Origin: Myxococcaceae bacterium | Lineage (GTDB): Bacteria; Myxococcota; Myxococcia; Myxococcales; Myxococcaceae | NCBI GenBank assembly: GCA_047602415.1 | Contig: JASGHH010000001.1 | Span: 3,671,166-3,735,165 of the forward strand | Direction: 5' to 3' | Length of the DNA stretch: 64,000 nucleotides | Shown here: one piece after another, positions 56,079-64,000 of the stretch | How positions within the stretch are numbered: the first letter of the stretch is position 1 | How the letters are laid out: the number at the start of each line of letters is the position of its first letter | The notes under the pieces: generated by a model | Seen by the model: only the letters and a program-made list of their open reading frames with translations | Told to the model about the DNA's origin: nothing | Database searches by the model: none | Program-made: the position numbers and the translations under genes

Positions 56079-56384
56079 TCAGTGAGCTCTCGCGGCGACT
56101 CGGTCGATCTCGGCTTCGATCTGCATCAACTGCGAGCGCGCCTCGTCGTGCCACTTCGAGCGGCGCGGGTCGTCCAACGTCTTGCGGGCGCGGGCGGCGA
56201 GGTACTCGAGATCAGCCAGGCGGGGATCGGCGCCTCGGCCGAGCCCGCGTGACGGCCGATCCACCAGACGGGGATCGAGCCACACCGACCATTCGTCGCC
56301 GTGCTGCCAGGCGGTGCCCAGCTGAACCCGGGTCTCCGAGCCGTCTTCGTTGGCGATCATGACCACGACAGGAAACTCAGTCAT
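56079..56384 (-). CDS. Small hypothetical protein
   Basis: 101 aa. ATG overlaps the upstream stop (ATGA). Confidence 0.45.
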   Translation of the reverse strand: MTEFPVVVMIANEDGSETRVQLGTAWQHGDEWSVWLDPRLVDRPSRGLGRGADPRLADLEYLAARARKTLDDPRRSKWHDEARSQLMQIEAEIDRVAARAH

Positions 56385-57073
56385 CGCTTCGACTCCAGTG
56401 CGTTGCGTGCGGCTTCGATCTGCTCGTTGGTGCGGCCGTCGTCGGTCACGTTGAACGAGTGGTGCGAGGGGCGATCGTGGTGCACGTCGTCGTCGTCGTC
56501 GCCATCGCAGTCACCGTCGTGGCCGTGATGCGGCGGCGGAGGCGTGAAGTACTCCAGCACCGTCCACATCGAGCCGGTGTTGAACCCCGAGAGCTTGAGC
56601 GGGTTGAAGGTCGACAGGCTGGTGAACGCGCCCTTCAGCGTGTCGGGAGGACCCGAGACGATCGCCAGGTTGCAGCCGGCGAGCACCAGGCCCGCCTGCG
56701 GCACGCTGTTGCTGATCAGCGTGCAGGTGCCGTTCACCACGTAGCTGCCCTGCGGCAGATCGAACTGGGCGTAGAAGTTCTGCTGCAGCCCCGGCGGGAA
56801 CAGAAAGTTGGTCAGCTGCACGCAGGCGGTCGCCTTGCCGATCTGCTTCACCTGCTCGTCGACCACCTTGCCGTCGCGGCGGCGGGTGCGGTCACTCCAG
56901 AGGCTGGCGCCGAGCTTCACGTTCACCGCGAACGGCGCCTGAGCGCAGATGTTCGGGTCGGGCGGAAACGCCGGATCCTCGATCGACTGAAAGCGAAACT
57001 CACGGTCGGCACCGAACGCCGCGCTCGCCAACAACACCACGCCCACGAACAGTTGCCTCATCACCGCCTCCAT
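56381..57073 (-). CDS. Secreted hypothetical protein with His/Asp-rich C-terminal region
   Basis: Start at MEAVMRQLFVGVVLLASAAFGA. HHGHDGDCDGDDDDDVHHD. Confidence 0.5.
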   Translation of the reverse strand: MEAVMRQLFVGVVLLASAAFGADREFRFQSIEDPAFPPDPNICAQAPFAVNVKLGASLWSDRTRRRDGKVVDEQVKQIGKATACVQLTNFLFPPGLQQNFYAQFDLPQGSYVVNGTCTLISNSVPQAGLVLAGCNLAIVSGPPDTLKGAFTSLSTFNPLKLSGFNTGSMWTVLEYFTPPPPHHGHDGDCDGDDDDDVHHDRPSHHSFNVTDDGRTNEQIEAARNALESKR

Positions 57074-57705
57074 CACGTCCAGCTCACGTCGTAATCGGTG
57101 TCGAGCTGCCCGACCCGCCGGCCACCGACCTTCACCTCGTTCGCGCCGACCGCCTGCAGCACCTGCTCCACCACGCCCTCGTGGTACGGGTGCGGCATGA
57201 AGTCGCGCCGCATCTTGAAGGTGCAGGTCTTGGCCGCGCTCCACACCACCTGGCGCTCGCCGTAGCTGACCGCGGTCTTGTACCCAGAGGGCAGCGAGCT
57301 CATCAGCCGCCGCGCGTCGTCGTTGGCGAGCAGCAGCAGCGTCTTGCCCACCGCGGTGGCGAGAAAGTCGTCGGTCGCCTGGCGGCCCAGCCGGCGAAAG
57401 CCCGCCTCCCAGCTGCCCTCCTTCGGCAGCAACAGCTCGACCGCGTTGAACGCCAGCGGCAAGAAGTCGGAGATCGGGTAGTTGAAGAAGTCGACGAACT
57501 TCTTGCCGCCCGCCTTCGCGAACAGCCCCTTGCGCGCGTCGACGTTGATCAGGCGCTCGGTCGCCAGCAGCACGCCGTTGAAGAACATGCCCTTGCAGGT
57601 GTCTTTCGGAGTGGCGAGCGCGAGCCGCTGAGCGAGGTCGAGCTCGTCGAGCGTGTAACGCGGCGCCGGGTTCGACGAAGGCTGCGCGTTGGGTACGGTC
57701 ATCAC
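57073..57705 (-). CDS. Hypothetical protein, DUF2378/TIGR02265-like myxobacterial paralogous family
   Basis: 210 aa. Similar layout to 37875..38480. Confidence 0.5.
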   Translation of the reverse strand: MMTVPNAQPSSNPAPRYTLDELDLAQRLALATPKDTCKGMFFNGVLLATERLINVDARKGLFAKAGGKKFVDFFNYPISDFLPLAFNAVELLLPKEGSWEAGFRRLGRQATDDFLATAVGKTLLLLANDDARRLMSSLPSGYKTAVSYGERQVVWSAAKTCTFKMRRDFMPHPYHEGVVEQVLQAVGANEVKVGGRRVGQLDTDYDVSWT

Positions 57706-57718
57706 GAGTGCGTTCCTT

Positions 57719-58813
57719 TCAGAGTGCGATCAGCTGCGCGGCGTAGTGAACGTTGGCGCCCACCGCCGCGATCACCGTCATCGCGCCAGACCCGAGCGAG
57801 ACCCGGCCGGCGGCGAGGTCTTCAGACAGCAGCACCAACATGCCCGCCGCCGAGGTGTTGCCGTAGCGGTCGACGTTGACCGCCACCTTCGACGGCTCGA
57901 GCTCCGACTTCTGCACCAGCAGGTCGAGCAGCCGCTTGTTCGGCTGGTGGAGGTAGTAGCGCTCCACGTCTTGCCGCAGCAGCTGCGAGCTGTCGGTGAC
58001 GGTGGCGATGCACTCCTCCATCACCCGCGGGTAGCTGAGCGCGACCTTCTGCCCGTGCACCACGAACGCCATCTGGGCTCCGCCGGCGCGGCCCTGGTGA
58101 CAGTGACGCATCGAGCCACCCCCGCGTCGCAGCACCAGCTCCTCATGGGTGTTGGCGGAGAAGGAGCTCACGATGCCGTGCTTGCCCCCGCTGTCGCCGC
58201 GGAGAATGACCGCGCCGGCGGCGTCTCCAAAGACGTACATCGACAAAATACCCGAGAGAGCCTTTTCGCCCGGAGAAGGCTCGATCTCGGCGGTGAACAC
58301 ATCTCGATTCACCAGTGGAGAGGTAAAGGCAGACGCGACCACCGCCACCGTTCGCAGCGCGCCCGACTCGATCATCTTGCGCACCAGGTCGATCACGTAC
58401 GGCGTGCCGCCGCAGCCGTCGTCGATCACCATCGCGAAGGCGTCTTTGCGCATCGCGAAGCGGCGATGGAGCTCCATCGCGTCGTGCGAGAAGTTGAGCT
58501 CGTCGGGCGTGCAGGTGACCACAAACACCGCGTCGAGATCGGTGGCCTGCATGCCCGCCATCTGGAGCGCGCGCTGCAGCGCCACCTCGTTCATGTCGCA
58601 GCCGCTGATCGGGTAGAGCGACTCGCCCTCAGGCGGAGCGATCGCGACGCCCTTCTTCTCGTCGAAGTCCCAGAGGAAGCGGCGCTCCCGAATGCCGGTG
58701 CGCTCGATGATTCGCTCCGCACTCCACCCGGGGATCGCGTTTGCGATCCGCTCGGTGGTCACCACTCTCGCCGGTACAAAGTGTCCGGCACCCACGACAC
58801 GCGCCCGCTGCAT
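57719..58813 (-). CDS. 3-oxoacyl-ACP synthase III-like (FabH/KAS III family) ketosynthase
   Basis: Active-site Cys context DDGCGGT, His/Asn region, C-terminal GSGAMTV. Confidence 0.85.
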   Translation of the reverse strand: MQRARVVGAGHFVPARVVTTERIANAIPGWSAERIIERTGIRERRFLWDFDEKKGVAIAPPEGESLYPISGCDMNEVALQRALQMAGMQATDLDAVFVVTCTPDELNFSHDAMELHRRFAMRKDAFAMVIDDGCGGTPYVIDLVRKMIESGALRTVAVVASAFTSPLVNRDVFTAEIEPSPGEKALSGILSMYVFGDAAGAVILRGDSGGKHGIVSSFSANTHEELVLRRGGGSMRHCHQGRAGGAQMAFVVHGQKVALSYPRVMEECIATVTDSSQLLRQDVERYYLHQPNKRLLDLLVQKSELEPSKVAVNVDRYGNTSAAGMLVLLSEDLAAGRVSLGSGAMTVIAAVGANVHYAAQLIAL

Positions 58814-58953
58814 TTGTCCTCACACTCGCTGTTGTTGTTCCCGGCTCAGGACAGTGAGCGTGAGCATGGTGCTTGCCACCCCGTAGCTTCTTGAAATCAC
58901 TCGGGATGGGTCAATCCGACACTTCAAGCGTCAGCGGCGCTTTTCCGTAACAA

Positions 58954-60786
<1,833 letters not shown>

Positions 60787-60789
60787 GCT

Positions 60790-61731
60790 TCAGCGCTGCC
60801 CGATGCGCGCGTCGACCCACTCGACCGTCGTTTGCACCACCTGGTCGCGCTCCGGCTCGTGGAGGAGGTCGTGGTAGGTGCCCTCCCACTTCTTGAAGGT
60901 CTTGTCGGTGCTCTTCGCGCTCTCGTAGAGCTGCTGGCTGCCCTCGATGTTGGTCGCCTTGTCCTGGGAGCCGTGCATCACCAGGAACGGCACGCTGAGC
61001 TGGCTCATCTTCGCCTGGATCAGATCGATCGCGTCGAGGCTGGCCGCCGCTGAGCGCGCGGGCAGCGCCGAGTGGTCGACCTCAGGGTCCGAAGCGAGCT
61101 CCTTCTTCGCCTCCGGCTCGCGAACGAACTCCGTATCGTCGACCTCCTGCACGTGGAGCGAGGGGATCAGCGCACCGAAGAAATGCGCTCCGGCCTTGGC
61201 GCCGCCCGAGACGCCGGGCAGCAACTTCAACGCGGGCCCGCTGAGGATCAACCCGTTGATCTCGTCACCGTGAGCCAGCCCGTAGCTGGCGGTGATCAAC
61301 CCGCCGAGCGAGTGCCCGTAGACGAACACCGGGACACCGGGGTTGCGCTTCTTCGCCTCGGCGACGGTCCGCTCGACGTCGGCGACCAGGTCGTCGATCG
61401 AGTCGAAGCGCTGGCGATCTCCGCCCGACTTGCCGTGGCCCCGCAGGTCGGTGCCGTAGACGACCACACCCTTGGCCGCCAACGCGTCGGCGAGCGCCTG
61501 ATACCGGGTGGCGTGATCGCGAATGCCGTGCACCACCACCACCGCGCCCCGCACCGGAGCGGCGCCCTTCCACTCGTAGCTCTGCAGGCACTCGGCGCCC
61601 GGCGCTTCGGTCCGGTAGGCGGTGCGGGTCACCCCCTGGTCGAGCAGCATGTCTGGCGGCGGCCCCAGGCATGGCCCGGTGCTGGCGCACGCAGAGAGGG
61701 TGATGATCGAAACGGTGAGCAAGAGACGCAT
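60790..61731 (-). CDS. Lipoprotein alpha/beta-hydrolase (lysophospholipase/monoacylglycerol-lipase-like)
   Basis: Lipobox TLSAC. HG box VVVVHGIRDH. Nucleophile elbow GHSLGG. Confidence 0.8.
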   Translation of the reverse strand: MRLLLTVSIITLSACASTGPCLGPPPDMLLDQGVTRTAYRTEAPGAECLQSYEWKGAAPVRGAVVVVHGIRDHATRYQALADALAAKGVVVYGTDLRGHGKSGGDRQRFDSIDDLVADVERTVAEAKKRNPGVPVFVYGHSLGGLITASYGLAHGDEINGLILSGPALKLLPGVSGGAKAGAHFFGALIPSLHVQEVDDTEFVREPEAKKELASDPEVDHSALPARSAAASLDAIDLIQAKMSQLSVPFLVMHGSQDKATNIEGSQQLYESAKSTDKTFKKWEGTYHDLLHEPERDQVVQTTVEWVDARIGQR

Positions 61732-61797
61732 CGGCAGTTCCTCCAGTGAGGTGAGGAAGGTGCCGGGGAAGCGCGGCGGGCGAATCGGCCAGTTGGC

Positions 61798-63333
61798 CTA
61801 TGCGATCAAACCGCGGCGGGTCGCGATCAGTGCGGCGCCCGCGCGGGTGTCGACCGACAGCTTCGCGTAGATGTGAATGGTGTGGTGCTGCACTGTGCGC
61901 GCGGAGATGCCCAGCGCCTGCGCGATCTGCTTGTTGGTGCGGCCGAGCGCGAGCAGGCGGAGCACTTCGATCTCCCGCTCGGTGAGCTCGCCCCCAGCGG
62001 CCCGGCTGAGCCGATGACCCTGCGCAAAAGCAACGGTGGCCTCGACGCACTCGGAGTCGAGGGCTCCGGCGCGCGCCATCGCGCGGAGCTCCTCGCCGGC
62101 GCGGCCGTTCGAGAACGCCTGGCGGTGAGGCCGCGGCTGGAGAAGCGCCGCGTAGACGTCGGCGGCGGCGAGCAGGCGCGCGGGCCGGGAGAGCATCGCG
62201 GCGGCGCTGCCCCGGTGGTACCCGCTGCCGTCGAGGCGCTCGTGATGCGCGGCCGCGAGCGGCGCAATCGCGGACAGCGGCGCGGCGGCGGCGAGCACCC
62301 GCTCGGTGAAGTAGACGTGGGTGCGAATGCGCTCGCGCTCGGTCGGGCGGAGCGCACGCGTCGCGGTCCAGATGCCGGTGGAGATCGCCGCCTGACCGAC
62401 GTCATGCAGGTGCGCCGCCAGCACCAACTTCTCGCGCTCGGCCACCGCGATGCCGAGCTGCTGCGCGGCGCCGTCGACCAGGCCGGCGACGGTGCGCGAA
62501 TGCCCTCTTCCGTGAGGCGACTGGAGGTCGCCGAAGTCGCCGAACGCTGAGGCCACGTCGAGCAGCGTGGCCGGCAGGTCGCGAGCACCGGCGAACACCA
62601 CGAGCTTGCCCTGGCGAGCGGCGAGGTAGTCGGCGGCGGAGGGACCGAGGCTGCCGGTGAGCGCCTTCGCGCGCGCCGCCCAGTCGGGAGCGAGCACCGT
62701 GCCCGAGCGCTGCTCGAGCACCCGCTGCGCCAGTGGGGCGCCGCCCTCGAGAAAGAACGCGGTGGCGACGTGGGCAGCGTTGGCGACCCGGCCGACGACG
62801 CTGATCTCCTCACCCGCCCAGCCGTGGGGCGAGCCCGCCCCATCGTGCCGCTCGAACACCTCGTCGAGAGCGCGCGCCACCTTCGGGTCGAGCCGCAGCT
62901 GGCCCGCGAGGAGTCGCGCCGCTCCGCACGCCTCGCGCGCCAGCTCGACCCGCAGCTCCTTGGCGCGGGAGGCGAGCCGCAGCAGTCCCTTGCCGGCGGC
63001 CCAACGACCTCCCGCCGCGGCGGCCACCGCCTTCACCACGTCGGTCGTCTGGCTCGAGTCGGAGCGGAGCAAGCGGCTCCTGAGCGCGATGTCGTCGCCC
63101 GCGACCTCGGCTTCGACGCTGGCGAACGCGGTGCAGCCCAGGTGGCGCAGCAGCGCGGAGAGCAGCGCCGCCCATTGGTCTTCGGGGCCGAGGCCGGCGT
63201 CGGCGGCGAGCTCCCAGGCGAACACCGCGGCCAGCACGCTCTTGTCCTCGGCCAGACCGTTGGCGAGGTCGAGGATCACCGAGAGTGCGGTGAGGCACTC
63301 GAACGCGCCGTTCGCGCCGGGGGTCGGCCGCAT
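61798..63333 (-). CDS. LuxR-family regulator with HD-GYP-like domain (HD...GYH variant) and C-terminal LuxR HTH
   Basis: HLHDVGQ...HHERLDGSGYHRG, then REIEVLRLLALGRTNKQIAQALGISARTV. Confidence 0.75.
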   Translation of the reverse strand: MRPTPGANGAFECLTALSVILDLANGLAEDKSVLAAVFAWELAADAGLGPEDQWAALLSALLRHLGCTAFASVEAEVAGDDIALRSRLLRSDSSQTTDVVKAVAAAAGGRWAAGKGLLRLASRAKELRVELAREACGAARLLAGQLRLDPKVARALDEVFERHDGAGSPHGWAGEEISVVGRVANAAHVATAFFLEGGAPLAQRVLEQRSGTVLAPDWAARAKALTGSLGPSAADYLAARQGKLVVFAGARDLPATLLDVASAFGDFGDLQSPHGRGHSRTVAGLVDGAAQQLGIAVAEREKLVLAAHLHDVGQAAISTGIWTATRALRPTERERIRTHVYFTERVLAAAAPLSAIAPLAAAHHERLDGSGYHRGSAAAMLSRPARLLAAADVYAALLQPRPHRQAFSNGRAGEELRAMARAGALDSECVEATVAFAQGHRLSRAAGGELTEREIEVLRLLALGRTNKQIAQALGISARTVQHHTIHIYAKLSVDTRAGAALIATRRGLIA

Positions 63334-63353
63334 GCGCGTCACTCGGCGCCGGC

Positions 63354-63755
63354 CTACAGCGCCGCGGTCGCCTCGATCTCCACCATCGCGCCGTCTTCGA
63401 GCAGATCGGCGACCTGAACCAGCGACATCGCCGGGTACACCGGGCCGACGTACTTGCGCCACGACTGCCCGACTTCCTTCATCGCGGCGACGTACGCCTT
63501 CTTGTCGGTGACGTAGACGGTGACCCGCGCGAGGTGCTCGGGCAGACCGCCGGCCTCACGCAGCACCCGCACCACGTTGGCGAGCGCGAGATCGAACTGC
63601 GCCGCGAAGTCGCCCTTCACCTTGGCGTCTTCCTTCGTCGCGTCCCAGCCGATCTGGCCGGCGATGAAGAGCATCTTTCCCTCGGCGACGATGCCGTTCG
63701 AGTAGCCCTTGGGTCGCGCCCAGCCGCTCGGTTGAATGACCTTGGTGTTTGCCAT
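63354..63755 (-). CDS. RidA/YjgF-family enamine/imine deaminase
   Basis: 133 aa with RidA signature region. Confidence 0.85.
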   Translation of the reverse strand: MANTKVIQPSGWARPKGYSNGIVAEGKMLFIAGQIGWDATKEDAKVKGDFAAQFDLALANVVRVLREAGGLPEHLARVTVYVTDKKAYVAAMKEVGQSWRKYVGPVYPAMSLVQVADLLEDGAMVEIEATAAL

Positions 63756-63764
63756 GGCTGTTCT

Positions 63765-64000
63765 CTACACCGTCTCGCCGCCGTCGACGACGTACGCGCT
63801 GCCGGTGATCGACGGAGCGGCCTCCGAGGCGACCAGCAGGTGCACCACCGCGGCGACCTCCTTGGGGGTGACGAAGCGGCCGGTGGGCGTCATCGAGCGG
63901 AGCGCGTCGCGCGCCTCGGTCTCGGGGCGGCCGGTGGTCTTCACGATGCGACCGACCGAGTCGGAGAGCATGTCGGTCTCGGTCCACCCCGGGCAGACCG
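63765..64000 (-). CDS. Short-chain dehydrogenase/reductase C-terminal fragment (gene continues beyond the window end)
   Basis: Ends ...ITGSAYVVDGGETV, a typical SDR C-terminus. Confidence 0.7.
   Translation of the reverse strand, partial: VCPGWTETDMLSDSVGRIVKTTGRPETEARDALRSMTPTGRFVTPKEVAAVVHLLVASEAAPSITGSAYVVDGGETV

Overview
Very high-GC (about 68-70%), gene-dense chromosomal window. It is almost certainly from a Myxococcota bacterium: one protein carries a MYXO-CTERM sorting tag, many lipoproteins have DAG or GGGSAT low-complexity linkers, and there are two Hanks-type Ser/Thr kinases and two sigma-54 enhancer-binding proteins. I support about 60 protein-coding genes. I saw no rRNA, tRNA, CRISPR array, transposase or integrase. 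Many Arg/Ala-rich ORFs in the six-frame track are alternate-frame artefacts of the high GC and are not called.

Main blocks, in order:
- 1-4.6 kb: a eukaryote-like beta-oxidation pair. This is an MFE-2 enzyme with three SCP2 domains, two of them a near-identical tandem duplication, followed by an SCPx-type thiolase.
- 6.4-14.9 kb: secreted, lipoprotein and repeat-protein genes. They include an 8x Cys-rich repeat protein, two lipoproteins ending in phage-tailspike-like intramolecular-chaperone domains, a GMC oxidoreductase, an HExxH protein and a PASTA plus E/R/Q-repeat lipoprotein.
- 14.9-21 kb: surface hydrolases. These are an EEP nuclease-like lipoprotein, an S8 protease with MYXO-CTERM, a lamin-tail plus metzincin lipoprotein and a 3x126-aa repeat lipoprotein.
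- 21-24 kb: a DUF1552/DUF1592 pair.
- 24.3-28.8 kb: a Ser/Thr kinase operon ending in a beta-helix lipoprotein that carries a frameshift.
- 28.8-32.9 kb: a flotillin/SPFH gene, an intrinsic terminator, then three tandem paralogous membrane proteins, one of them frameshifted. I rate this the best candidate for an undescribed system.
- 33.1-38.5 kb: a chain of seven genes, six linked by overlapping start/stop codons, around a pentaheme cytochrome c. This is the second-best candidate.
- 40.2-42.4 kb: a sigma-54 activator with two Cys-rich lipoproteins and tandem 25-bp repeats upstream.
- 42.4-44.1 kb: an aldo-keto reductase fused to a polynucleotide-kinase-like domain.
- 53-58.8 kb: fatty-acid metabolism genes (acyl-CoA dehydrogenase, enoyl-CoA hydratase, FabH-like).
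- 58.9-63.3 kb: a PilZ plus sigma-54 activator and an HD-GYP-like plus LuxR regulator, a probable c-di-GMP module.

Non-coding observations include a 41-bp double-hairpin element present twice in inverted orientation (one copy inside a kinase ORF), a perfect 16-bp palindrome, tandem direct repeats and several stem-loop terminators. Start/stop codon overlaps of the ATGA/GTGA type are pervasive.
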